A stretch of DNA of 64,000 nucleotides, taken from the NCBI GenBank assembly GCA_013265495.1, contig MU058233.1, positions 35,038-99,037 on the forward strand. The letters run 5' to 3'. The DNA is from Vicugna vicugna (Eukaryota). Below are positions 11,859 through 24,639 of the stretch, piece after piece (the first letter of the stretch is position 1; every line of letters begins with the position of its first letter). The notes beneath the pieces were generated by a model. It saw nothing but the letters and a program-made list of their open reading frames with translations. It did not search any database and was not told the origin of the DNA. The position numbers were made by a program, and so were the translations under genes.

Positions 11859-14800
11859 GTTTGTTTAAGTTCATTATAAACAGAAAAATTTGTGTTCAAG
11901 TAGGAGTAAGCTTTGTAATGTTACTTGAATTTAGCTGGAAAACCTGCAATCAAAATCGAAGTAACTCCTGAATTTCGGATAGCGGTTTCCCCTGTGCCTC
12001 AGGAGTTCAGTTCTACAGGTTAGGGGAACATCGAAGAGGTTGAATCGCAGGGTTTGTTTTTTTAAGCTGTGTGTCTGTCATCGTATTTGTTACTAATCAG
12101 CTAGGAAACTAGAGGAAATTAAGTGCTCATGAAGCACCTTCCTTCACCCCTCCCCTGACGGTTGGTTTTTGAGAGAAATACTGTGTTTACGTCGCGGAGT
12201 TAGAAGCAATATTTACCTTCTATAAGTGTGAGTCCCTGATTGGTTAGTCTTAGTTCCATGGATTCGTATTTTTTCACCAGAGCGTCTCCGTTGGAGCTCT
12301 GGGTCGTTTGAATTTCATAAACAGGTTTTACAAGGATTCTGTTTCATGACTTTTCATATCCTTGAAAAGTACCTACCTTCAGCCCTTGTGCAGAGGAAAG
12401 CTTGTCTGGGTGTGAAACTCGTGGGTTGCATTTTCTGTCCCGAGATCTTTGTGCCCTAGAGGTCGCGTGGTCCCTCCCGCCGGGGAACCCGGTCGCTGGC
12501 TCTGGCCACCACTGGGTGAGTGGGTTCGTCAGCAGCAGGTCCCCCTCAGTTGTTCCTGGGCGCTGCTCTCTGAGGTCTCTCACTTTTGAAAATGTCCGTA
12601 TTGCCTTCGGACATAAGTAGCAGCTGGGCGGAGAGTTACGTGCTGCTGCGTCACAGCTGCCTGAGCTCAGGGGCATGGCGGGGCTTCCCCGTCCGTCCTC
12701 ACCCCCGGGAGCTGTTTCCCCGACGGAATGCCTCAACAAGTCTTCCTTACATCTTAAAAACTTACTCGGCGTACAGCCCCAGCTTTCCCACAATAAACCC
12801 TTCCAGTCAGAGACTCAGTTCTCATTACTGGGAAGTGACTTCCTGTTGTACCTCTGAGCGTCTTTTAAAAGACGCCAGCTTCCGTATTTCACGTCATCAT
12901 TTTCTTCTGTGCGTCTTTCCTCTTCTGGTTTTTGCTTTTGTCTGTTTCTCGTGCGCACTCAGCACGGTGGCGTCCACCCTCCATCCCTCTTCTCCTGTGC
13001 TGGTGACTTGGTTGTTTTCACCTGCATCTGGTCTGTTCCTTACAGTTTAAGATTCACGGGCGCTGCGGCGGTGGTGCCGGGTCCTGTCTGTGTGCTGAGC
13101 TCTGCGGCAGGGCTGGGCCTTCCCTTGCAGGTCCGGGTGTGGCAGCGCCTGGCCTCTGCAGTTGCAGCGTGAAAGCCGCACAGGCTGTCGGGGTCGAGGC
13201 TGTGCCTGGGCCCCGGAGAGCTTAATTTCGGGACAGCGAACCTGCATTTCATAGAGTATTTCCATCATGAATTGTTGTTCGGTTTTGTTGTTGTTGTTCT
13301 GTTTAAAAACGTGAAGCCCTCCCAGCTCTCCAGGCTGTGCTGGACCGGCTCTAGCTCAGCAGGGTCCCTTCCGGCTCGCTGCTTGTTGTATTTCCTTTTC
13401 TTTGTCCTCAGTTGAAGTCCTGTCTCTCCAGATTCACCTGTGGCCCCCAAAAATCTCAGAGGCTCATGGATTCACTTCCTTCCAGCCTGGGCTCTCTGCT
13501 GCTCGTGTGGCACGCTCCCCACTGGGTTCCCTGTGCTGTGCCTTCTCCCTCCTGGCTTCCCCGACAGGTCGGCAGCGCTGCCAGACCTCTCACCCCGCAG
13601 CGCTGGGCCTCGCTGCGGAGTCGCTCCTTCTCTGCTCTCTCCTGAGACCCTGCCACGCCCCAGGGCAGAGGTTCTTCCCCAGTCGGGGATCCGTGGGGGG
13701 CATCCTAACCTTGCAGAGCCCCCAGCCCCGTCGGGGTGGGGGGCTCGCGACCGCTCCCAGGCCTCCCCACGCCTCTGTGGCTTCGCTCCTCCTCGAGGTC
13801 CCGGCCTCAGGCCTGGGCCACCTCTTTCTCACCCGGGCTCTCCTGGACCTGTTTTTTACTAACCTGCCTCCAGAAGCTCGATACAGTATTAAAAATTCAA
13901 AACTTTTTGCTTTTAGGGGTCACTGCTGAAGACTTTAAGTAATGGTTAGAGACAAGGCTTTTCGAGAAGTAAGCTTCATTTGCAAAAAGAGCGGTCACTT
14001 TTAAACACTGGCCTTTAGGTTGCGGGGTCACACGTCTGTGCTTCTAAAGCTGATTTGTTTGGGGGGCTTTCCCGCTTCACACGTGTCACCGTCTTGCGTG
14101 GCTGCAGAAGTCATTGGATTTCCCTCTTCCTGCTTGGTGACAGCAAAACAAGTCCCCTTGTGCCGGGGACTTTTCTTCCTGAAACACTGAGCTGTCCGGA
14201 GGTGGCAGGGGACTAAACAAACAGGATGGGCACGGTGAGCCGCGTGGGAAGCTCCCACCTTCCAGCCCCTTGGCAGCCACCAGCCCTCGCTCTTGGCTGC
14301 GGCACACGCGGAAGGTCCCGAGGCTCCGAGGCTTCCTCGCCTTCTGAAAATGTTTAGACACAGGGTGTGGTGATCCAAATATAAATGCTTCAGAGTATTT
14401 GCGGGGTGGGGCGGGCAATCGTATTTTTGCTTAAGTGCTGTGGGCGTAGCATTTTAAGGAGTTTTGGTTGGGCTGTGTTTTTTCCTTGCGATACAAGATT
14501 GCAAGTGAGAGGGCGCTGATAGCTGAGTACCCCGCCTAAAACAAACCACGGCCAGGAGGGGTGTTTTAGGAATTCTTGAAAATTATCTGAGTCCAGGAGG
14601 TAAAGCCAGGAACCTTGAGAAAGGAGATCGGAAGGCAATTGAGTGGGTAAGAGAATCTTAAGGAAAGGGGCAGAGAGAGAGAGCTTTCAGCTTTGAGTTC
14701 TCTCCTACGTCTCAAGCACCACGAGGTTTAAAATAGCCCTGGGCTTAGCGGGCACTTAGCTCAGCCTTGAAGATGCAGAGTTGAGCGATCAGTGCTCACC

Positions 14801-16417
14801 ACTGAGCTGTGTTCTTCGTGCCTGTTGTGTAAGCTCCTGTGACTGACGTCTCCTGAGGGAAGGGTCTTCGATGTGAGGAGAGCACGACTCTCAGGGCAGG
14901 CAGGGGAAATCCTCAAGGCTAGGAGGCTTGTCCGAAAGGCCTGTGAAATGAGTACCAGGTTCAGGGGCCTGAGTCTTTGGACGCTAATAGAAACTTTACT
15001 AAGCTCTATTTTCAGCAAAGGAGTAGAACTGTGGGATTTTACATTAGACAGTGAAATTACCCCGAATGTAACTCATTCTGACGTTGGTCTGCCAGCCAAG
15101 GACAGAAGAGGCAGCTCCCGGCCAGCCCCGCAAGGTAGCAGTTCTGGGATCATGGGTCCTAAAAAGGATTTAAGGCCGTTGAACTTACTAGAAAAGTCCG
15201 GGGATGCGGGTGGTGGAGGGCGTTGGCCTCCCGGGGAGGGCCGGGCCTGGGCCCCGGAGAGCAGCGGGCTCCCAGGTTCACTCCGCTGCTGACCCGGTGC
15301 TCGTGTGAATAAAATCAATCAGTTTTTAAGAATAGACTTACTTTTTGCTGCACAGCTCAGTAGAGCTGTTTTCATTCTTAGCACAGACACGTTTGTCTTC
15401 CCGGAACTGACGGAAGGGATTGCTCACCAGCCCTCCGGGGACGCTTTCCGTTTTCATGTTCTGTTCTGAGTGTTAAATTTATGTGAGATTAAGATCACAT
15501 AGAAATATCAGTAAATTGGCCCTGAGTTTAGCAAGAGCAGAAGGGCTTTGGGAGGTGATTAGGCAGGCTCATCTGGCCTCGCGTGGCGAGCCTCTGCAGT
15601 CTGTGAGCGCGCCAGGACGTGCTCCCGCCCCGGAGCGGCTTGGCGTCTCCGCCCAGCTGTAGTGCCCTTAGGGAGTGCGGGTCCCCGTGAGGTTCCTCCC
15701 TGGGCTTCGTTTGCGTAGGCACTTCCGCGACTCGTGGTGTTTATTAAATCACGCGGCATTTAACTTGGGGTGAAACCCAACCCCTCCTGGAAAATTCAGC
15801 GTGAAATCCTGAGAACGACAGACCTGGGGCTGCGTCAGGGCGTGGAAGCACAGTGGGAGCGGCAGGCGCCCCGGAGCCCCGCGCACCCCGCCGTGTCTCA
15901 GACGTGGTGCCGAGGCCCAGGATCGAGGCCGCGCCTGGCCTGGCCTGGCCTGGCCTCCGTCACTCCAGGGGTTCTCGGAGCTTACTGTTCTTGAGAATTT
16001 CTGCGTTGGGGCTGGACATGTGTGCTCTGGTTGCTGGTCACTTTGAAGGGTTTTGAGGGCTGTGTGGCCCCGCTGCTGCGACAAGTGTGTGTCTCCAGAG
16101 AGCATCCGTGATGGGGTGATGTCTGTGCACCTATCTTCTTGTTCTTGGGGGTGTCTCGGCACGAGGGTGGTTAGAGGGCATGGGGGCCTTGCCATTGGCT
16201 GGCTTTGCTCATTAAATGCTGGCCTAGTGCCCGCTGTACACAAGAGCCGTGAAGCTGCCATTGCTGCTTTTAAGATGCTTCGCCCTCAGGGCAGTAGCTG
16301 TGCCAACAGCCCTGATGGCAGGGAACTGCCCCGGGGGTGTGTGCACAGCCCCCAGGAGGGCAGAGCAGCAGCCCCTGAGCCGGCCTGGGGTGGGAGATGG
16401 TACTGGAAGTAAAAACT

Positions 16418-16818
16418 TTTTTTTTTAATTGAAGTAGAGTTGAGTTGACAATCTCTCTGTCCATCCATGTTGCTGCAAATGGCAATGTTTCGTTCTTTTT
16501 TATGGCTGAGTAGTATCCATTGTATAAATATACCACTTCTTTATCCAGTCATCTGTCAATGAACACTGAAGTTGCTTCCATATCTTGGTAAAATAGTGCT
16601 GCTGTGAACATTGGGGTGCATGTGTCTTTTCAAATTGGTGTTTTCATTTTCTTCGGATAAATACCCAGGAGTGGAATTGCTGTGTCATTTGGTAGTTCCT
16701 TTAGTTTTTTGAAAGATCTCCATACTGTTTTCCGCAATGGCTGCACCAGTTTGCATTCCCACCGATAGAGTACGAAGGTTCCCTCTTCTCCACACCCTTG
16801 CCAGCGTTTGCTGTTTTT
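16418..16818 (-). mobile_element. LINE-1 fragment (ORF2 C-terminus joined to the 3' tail)
   Basis: Minus-strand translation YYSAIKKNETLPFAATWMD matches the L1 ORF2 C-terminus. Typical L1 text is present (atacccaggagtggaattgctg, gtttgcattcccacc), with a poly(T) run at the left end. Confidence 0.9.
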
Positions 16819-19365
16819 CAGAGGTGAGCTTTAGAAGGGGCTTCACGGCAGGAAAAGACACCGCGTGGAGGTGCCAGGGTCAGGAATGGGCCTCAGTGTC
16901 CACGAGGGAAAGTCCAGGAAGGGCTTCTCCCTAAGATCTTCTCATGTGCGACATCCCAGGCACGAAGTGAGAGCCGGGGAGGAACAGGGAGCTCCTCGCC
17001 CGCCGCCGGCACGTGCCATGCGGTGGAACGTCCGCCTTCCCTGCTCTCCAGCAGTGGTCTCGCTGCCATCAGGGTGATTTGGGGGTACACGTGGATTTCC
17101 ACATTCCTCTTCACCTTGGCGCCATGCGACTAGAATTTGTTGGAAAGGACTCAAGGGTGCGTGGGAAGAGAGGAGAGAGGGCACCCCCGTGCGTCTTCTT
17201 TAGGGTTCTGCTTCAAGTTGCTCCTCTGCGAGACCCCCTGGTGCGGTCCCGAGGGGCCCCCAGGGCATGCGGCTGGAGCCCCGTTCCCGGCATGGGAATC
17301 CTGTCTGGGGTGAGACGCGGCTCGGGGCTCGGAGATGCCTGTAGGTGTTGGTTGGAGTTTTGTTTGGTCTTCATACCTGGAAACAGAACCTTTCTCTTTG
17401 TGAGCTCGGCTATGCATTTTTTAATTTTCCTTATATTTTAGCGAACATTTTAAATTACTTATAATGGGTGCGTTCCTGAGTTAAGTTAACCTGCTGTTTT
17501 GCTGACAGGGCTGTTTTCAGCCCTTTGTTTTGATTTCACTTGATGAATGGCACAGGACAGTCGTGTAGCCTGCTGGTCAGTCTGCGTTTTCGTACTGCGC
17601 AGGAAGGATGCTCGGCTTTGAAAATAGTTCATTCACCTCTGTTATGTGAAGAATGCATTAAATTGCCATTGCATAGCACGTACTGTTACTTGAAACTCAA
17701 TTGTAAACTGTTCTTGGTTTTTAATTCACATGTCTCATTGGTTGTGGCTTCGATTTTCTAATGCATTTGGGGTGTTTTTAGGCAAGAGGCTGGTTGTCAG
17801 GACAGGACACAGTGTCTGTCCTCTCCATGAGATGTGACCCTTTGGGTGGTAGCAGGACTTGCTGTTCCCTCTCCCAGAGACCTGGGGCTGCCCTGGGGAG
17901 GGTCTTTGCGGGAAGTGCGGGTTCTCTGGGGGGTGTTCACTGTGGCCTCACTGATGCCACCTCACTTCCTCCTCCCCCTGCGGTGGCTCTGCCTGGGGGG
18001 GTGGGAGGAGCCCAGTAGCTTGATGTCTGCAGAGGAAGAGTGGGGATAGTGATTCCGTCCTTTCAAGGGTGATGTTGTATCTCACGGAAGCCTGGAAGCC
18101 TCCGTCCGTATTCGAATGCCTAATTTGGTTGGGAAAAGCTTGTATTTGCACTCTGCCCGCCCCCTTCAGAGATGTCATTCGAATGTTTCTGTGCTGAAGA
18201 TCTCAGTGAGAGGGCATTGAGGCCACACATCTTAGTTTGAAACTGTAGAGTTTGTGTTAATGTGTAACGCGGCTGTTGCGCCACGCAGGGCTGGAACGTC
18301 ACAGCCTGGGAGTTCAGACATGTATAATTAATAAAAAGTAAGTCGTTAACAGCTGCGGATGTGCCGGGCATGTATAAATTATGTAGCGGTTCCAGCCTGA
18401 GATGGGAGGGCTGCGATCGAGCTGCTAATGAGGGGCTTACAAGTCGCTGTACCGCCGATGCCTCTCCCCCCCTCAGTGTGCGTTGCTGCAGACCGTAGTC
18501 AGTGTAAAGCTTTCACTGTTGGTAAATGTTTTTGTTTTAAAATAGACTAATGGAAAATCAAAATAAAATTCTTCTATTAGGACAATCTTTTCACCGTCCT
18601 CCAATAAAGAAGAAATTAAATCTCCGTGTAGTCAGAACCAGTTGCTTATCTACAACAAGGTTAGAAATTTAAGTCCTTAAATAGATCATTGAATCATCTC
18701 CGATTTTTCCGGCTTTGAATATTCCCCATCCCCCCAAAAAATAAACTTACAGAACTATTAATTGTTTTAAAAATGGGCTCTATCCTCTAGATATTTGCTT
18801 ATGTGTCCAAAGTATAGAGGAGGCTAATATCCATCCCTGTTAATGAGAACAAGGCCCCGGGGCGATGTCAGCGTCCATCAGGACTGCTTAGGTAAACCGC
18901 GGTCGTCCGTGTCCTGGGGTGGGGCTTCCACCACGGGTGTTTGTATGAGAAGAGTGAGGCGCTTAGAGAACAGAGAGTTGGGGTCAAACAGGGAGACCAG
19001 CAAAGGGCGTTTGGTCCCCAGCACGGGTCGGCCCCCAGGCCACACAGGAGGGGCGCTGGCGCTGCGGACAGGGGACTGTGTCCTCATCTGCACGTTCTGC
19101 CCTTGGCGAAAGGGCCGTTTGTCTAGGCAGGCCCCCGTTCGGCTGCTTTGAATGTCCCCGTGCCTGCTCACGTCCCTTGTCCCTGGGTGTGTCTGGACAC
19201 TGCCTGGTTCTTCTCGATTACCTGTCACGTGGGTGGCCTTTCTAGTATCAGAAGAATAAAGAGAGCAGTGTGGCTGGCAACGGGCGAGGGGTCGTGGCAC
19301 TTGGGAAGGTGCCCCTGCTGCTGCGCCGGGGCCTCTCGGCTCACGCCCGAACGTGTCTTCCCCAG

Positions 19366-19603
19366 CAGCGGTGGCGGCCGTGTACTACAGCTACTACATG
19401 CTGCCCGACGGCACCTACTGCCTGGCCCCGCCCCCGCCCGGCGTGGACGTGGCCGCCTACTATGGCTCCCTGCCGGCGGGGGCCGCGCCCGGCTCCGCCC
19501 CCGGGGCGGCCGCCGCCCCGCCCCCTCCAGGGACCACGCCCCCGCCTCCCCCGGCCGCGGCGGAGACCAGCAGCGCGGGGACCTCCACCGCCGTCGCCAC
19601 AAG
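19366..19603 (+). CDS. SFSWAP: SFSWAP coding exon (probably exon 8), Tyr/Pro/Ala-rich linker
   Basis: gtcttccccag|CAGCG...ACAAG|gtaggc; 238 nt, phase 1->2. Translates (S)[38 protein letters not shown]...; the acceptor is a CAGCAG tandem. Confidence 0.95.
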
Positions 19604-20579
19604 GTAGGCTCTGGCTTCTGCGGTCCCCCGGCGCGCGCGCTCCTTTATCATCGGGGTTTCGTGGAGGGTCTCCGCTGTCTGAGTAGTCATTGCCTAGATC
19701 CCCAGGGTGCAGGGTCAGTAGCGCGACGGAAACTGTCATAGACACGCACAGCCGTGAGGTCTCACCCCTTAGAAGCTCCCAGGTGGCGTCCCGCACCGGC
19801 CCCCTTAACCCTGCCTCTCATGGGCTGACGGCTCAGTTGGGCCATACTAGGCAAATCAGTGGGAAGTGAAGCCAGGTTATTTGAAAAAATGCAGGATTTC
19901 ACAAAGCTGGTGCAAGCGAATCTCTCACAAGCTGTTGGCCAGTGGGGATCTGGCCGGCAACCCAGCAAACCGCTGAGTAACAGAGCCAGCGAGGCTGGGA
20001 CCGGAGCCCCAGCAGCTGTCACGGGCGGCGTGGAGTGGGGCGCTGAGGTCCGGAGGGAGCAGGCACTTTCTAAGAGGCACTGGAGTGTCTCAGGCTGAAA
20101 AGCGGTGCTCTGGAAATTTGATGGACACTTGGGTGTTTCTGCAGAAATGACCCACTTTCTGATCATGCTAAGAAAGTCAAACATGAAGAGTGATGAGGCA
20201 TGCTAGCCCGCGTTTTTTGTTTTCTGTTGTTAATATAGCAAAACTCCACACTTGACTTCTTGGTTGCTTCTAAGAATTAGCAATTGGAGGGAGATTTGAG
20301 GAGGGAAAAAATGAACCTATTTTTATGACCTGTGGTGTCATTAGTAACACCCCTGTTTTCATCTTTGGCAATGGTATCTCGGCCCTTGTTGAAAGGATTG
20401 ACTGATGGGTTTCCTGTCGTACAAGTCACCGCGGGCAGAAGGCCTCCCTGTCTGTGTGTAACTTACCTGTTGGGGGGCCTGAGCCAGGGGAGCCCCTCCG
20501 GCAGTCGTGTGGACCCTCCCACCCGCAGCGATCTGGAGAAGGGTCCAGGCTGTGGACGTGACCAAGCTCTTCTCTGCAG

Positions 20580-20711
20580 CACACTGGCTCCGGTGGCCGC
20601 CATCATCCCGCCACCCCCTGACATTCAGCCCGTGATCGACAAGCTGGCAGAGTACGTGGCCCGGAACGGCCTCAAGTTCGAGACCAGCGTTCGTGCCAAG
20701 AACGACCAGAG
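20580..20711 (+). CDS. SFSWAP: SFSWAP coding exon (probably exon 9), start of second SURP motif
   Basis: ctcttctctgcag|C...CAGAG|gtgcgg; 132 nt, phase 2->2. Translates (S)[43 protein letters not shown](R). Confidence 0.97.
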
Positions 20712-21264
20712 GTGCGGTGCAGGGCTCTGTGGGCTGGAAGGGTGGTGTCGGGTTTAGGTCAGCTTCTTTGTGAATCTAGCTGCATTAAATGTATTTATTT
20801 CTTAATCCTTTTCTTCTTATTTACATAAATATATCTTGTTTAATTACTTAAAGTTGGGGTAGTGGCTTTTTAAATTATTCTCTGGATTTTTGTGTAGTTT
20901 GTTTTGCTTTATCTTTTAAAAATACTGAAGCTACCTAAAATAAAAGGCTGCAATTCACGCTTTTCAAGAATCCACTGTGAAAATTTAGACACACACTGCA
21001 GTTTGTTTTGTTTAAGCAGATAGTGTTCCGTGCCTCTGGTGGTAAACTGAAAACAGGGCTTGTGGTTGCAGCGTGGTCTGCGTGACCGCGGACAGGCCCT
21101 CCAGTGCCGGCCCGTCTCCGGGTCTGTTGGGGGCCGAGGCCGCTCGGCTCAGCCTCTGGGGCGTTGGGAGCCTGGGGCTCGAGCAGGCGGGGCAGTCGGG
21201 GCTGGGTGGGCTGCTGTCGCAGCAAGCGTGCCTTGTTGAGCGCCTGTCCCCCTTCTGCTCCTAG

Positions 21265-21358
21265 GTTTGAGTTCCTGCAGCCCTGGCACCAGTACAACGC
21301 CTACTACGAGTTTAAGAAGCAGTTCTTCCTCCAGAAGGAAGGGGGCGACAGCGCACAG
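21265..21358 (+). CDS. SFSWAP: SFSWAP coding exon (probably exon 10), end of second SURP motif
   Basis: ccttctgctcctag|G...GCACAG|gtgcgt; 94 nt, phase 2->0. Translates [31 protein letters not shown]. Confidence 0.97.
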
Positions 21359-22159
21359 GTGCGTGAAGCCTGGGGCTGCCTTGGTCTCACACATGATTTC
21401 AGGTGCAGTGTGTCTCGCATGTGCTGGATTTGACTTCTCTCACCTCTCGCCTTAGGTCTGTTGAAGTCTTTGACCCATGTTCATAGTCATTGATGATCAT
21501 TTGTCCAGCACGTTCTAAGCAAAACATCCCTGTTTCTTCAAGCCTTTGATGTTTGGTCGGCTCTTATTTTTAACCGCGTTTACTGGAAGCCGTGCCCTGT
21601 ACTGCTGTCGGGCTGACGTGCACCTAGCGCACGAGACGTGGACCCAGGGGCACCAGCTGACGTGCGGGGGCTGCCAGCGGCTCCCTCAGGACTCCCCAGC
21701 ACATGTCCCCACGCCTGGTTCTTGTGCACCTGTCGGGAGCAGTTGTCCCCATCCTTGTCACCTTTCCTTCCTCTCCCCTGCTCTCCTCAGCTGGACACCC
21801 TCATGTTTTTTAGAAACCTGTTTTGGTGGAGAGATGACGTAGGTTTTGCATGTCAGTGATCTCTGCACCTCGTGTCTCTGATTGCTCACGCTGAAGAGCG
21901 CGGCCTCAGCGGTGGGCACCGGGCACGACTGGTGCCTGGACGTAGCCTCAGTGACCAGCGAGCGCTGGTTCCCAAGATGGTGTTAGAGGGGTGGTCCCCC
22001 CTCCCGCCCTCCTTTAACGCTGCTGTGTCAGGAATAGTCCATCTGGGCAGAAGACGTGTTCCTTACAGTTATGCAGGCGATGCCACACGTCCTCGTGTCC
22101 TTTCTGACACCCCATGTCAGTCCTGTGGAGCCGCTCACTGTCACGTTTCCCCTCCGCAG

Positions 22160-22331
22160 GCTGCGTCCACACCCGAGGAGGCTCCTGCAGAGTCTGCTCC
22201 TGACACGCCAAGTGACACCGCCGGGGAGGGCACCGTGTCCGAAGACGCGGCTGACGTGGGAAGGGGCAGCTCCTCGGGGAAGAAGGAGGCGCCACCCAGC
22301 AAAGCCGTCCCAGACGGGAAGCTGGTGAAAG
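22160..22331 (+). CDS. SFSWAP: SFSWAP coding exon (probably exon 11)
   Basis: tttcccctccgcag|GCT...AAAG|gtacgc; 172 nt, phase 0->1. Translates [19 protein letters not shown]...[17 protein letters not shown]. Confidence 0.93.
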
Positions 22332-24639
22332 GTACGCTGTCCTCGCCGCCGGGAGGCCCAGTCTTGACCTTGGCCTTAGAGATGTCACTTGATGCTAGCA
22401 AGGAGGAGCCTGGACCACTGACGGTCCGCTGCCGTTGACTGCGGCTCGGGAGGGAACTGGCGCCCCGTTACGTTGCTCCAGCAGAGCTTGCTTACGGCGG
22501 AGGGCTTTCCCGGTGTCCAGCTGAGAGTCGTCTGGATACAGGCTCGTCTTAGGTGCACGTTTATTTACAGCCTGTTGCAGTGATTTAACGGGAATGTTTA
22601 GAATCTTTCAAATAACGTTTGGTGCCCACTCAGACTTCTGAAACTCTGTGCAAACTGTTGCACCAGCGGAGTTCGTTTTTTTGGGTTGTGAAGGCAAGTG
22701 CCTAGAGGATCTCTGCTGGGCAGGGCTCCGCTCGCTCCATCCTGGTGCCTCGTGTGGAGGAATGCCTAAGGAGGAGTGGTCTCTGCCGGGACAAATGTGC
22801 TCGAAAAGAGCAAATGTAGATAAACAGGGAAATGAAAAGCGGACATGGCTCGTGGCAGAGAACTCTGCAGTGGAGCCCCGCCTGTGGGGAGGCAGGGCCG
22901 GAGGGAGGGAGGGAGGCTGTGCCGCGAGAGGGCATCAGGCTGGGACGGAGCGCGGAGCGGGGCTCCAAGAGGCAGAGCAGGTGTTCAGAGGTGAGAAGTG
23001 GTCCAGGCAAGCGTGTGGTTCCCCGCCGGCGTGTAGGCCTCTGCTCTGCCCCTACAGTGGGCCCAGGGCCTTCCCCAGGGGCAGCTGCACACCTTACAGG
23101 TCGGAGCAGAGGAAATCACGTCTCCAGTTTGGGAGTTTGTGAAGAGGTTGCAGCAGAGAAGCCACTGGGAGGTTGTGGGTGGAGCTGATGGTGGGAAACA
23201 GGACTGCGTGAGGAGGGTAGGGAGCACTGTGGGGGTGCAGGGAGCAGAGAGGGTGCCAAATGGAGCAGGAAGGGCTGGGGTGGCAGGAGGCATTTTCTTT
23301 GCAGCGGGATGCCTTCTGTGATAGGCTGGTGGTCGAGAGTGACCAGAATGACCCGGGTGAGTGGCTGGGAAAATTCAGTGACTGAGGAAAGCGTAAACGT
23401 ACCTTTGAGTTTGCCTGAGTGCTGGAGCTGCAGCTCTCCGCAGGGAGAGCCCCCGCACCACAGGCCTGCCCTTACTTACTCCATTCTCAGTCGCTCTTCG
23501 TTTCTTCAGTCACACAGAGTGAGGGCACGTCTTAATGATCTTTAGTCACGGGTATGACTAATTGTAAAGAGAAGCTTTAAAATGTCGCTGTTATAATCAC
23601 TAAGGAGAAAGTACTGTTCTCTGCCTCTAGTTTGATCTGGACATGCTGGTCAATAGTCAAGCATTATGATTCTTTAAATACCACGAGAAGGTAACAGTTC
23701 CTGGGTAAGTGAAATGAGAGCGACAGCTCCCCCCACAGAAGTGTCTCCGAGCCTCTCCGCCCAGGACGCTCCCTGAGCGCGCACTCTTCCTCTCTCACCT
23801 TCCCCAGCCACCTTCAGACGCTCGCCGAAATAAGCGGAAGATTATAATAAAGCAAAGACTGAAAACGGTTATTGCTCCAGAAACAGAAGAAAGTAGTGGT
23901 CATGGTTCAGGAGGGCGGGCCAGCCGCCCTGGAATTCAGTTCATACGGAAGAGAAGGACGTTTGGGGGCCCAGTGGCAGTGACCCTCGGGGGAGCCCAGT
24001 GTCAGCCAAAGCAGGGGGCGGGCAGCAGAGAGAGCCGCCGGGAGCATCCGAGGCCCCAGCAGGGGTGGCCTGCGTGCCAGGGGCCGCAGTGAGCTCCGTC
24101 CACACTCCCATGGGTGTCCAGTGACTTGGCAGATGATGTAGCACTTAGGGCCCCCTTCCTGCTCCCTGAGCCTGAGATACCTGAGAGCTAGAACCCACCC
24201 CGCCCTCAACTCCGGAAAACACAGGCCTGCCTCTCCCTGTCGGGATGAGAAAGCAGAAGGTCAGGTGCCGTGGCAGGACCGCAAAGGGACGGGGAGCAGT
24301 GACCGAGTCACCGGAGGCCTTTTTAGCCTCTGATTTGTATTCTCTCAGACTTAACTATAAAACCAGTGCAACCCGATAAGCTGACATCTGGGGAAGATTG
24401 TTCAGTAACAGGTTGCCAAAGCCTGCAATATAATGAGAGCGCTAGGATTCACACTGGGTGAGAAGACAAGTTTGCAGTTTTCCTCAAATCTCCAAGGGAA
24501 AGAATAGAGGTGGAAGAGGAAGCGTCCAGACAGGAAAACAGGCAGGTTGTCCTCCACGGGGGCAAGGAAGCAGCTGGCACCTCGGACTCGCATCTGCAGC
24601 ATTAAAGCCAGCGGTCAAGGTGCGTCTGAACTTTTGAAT

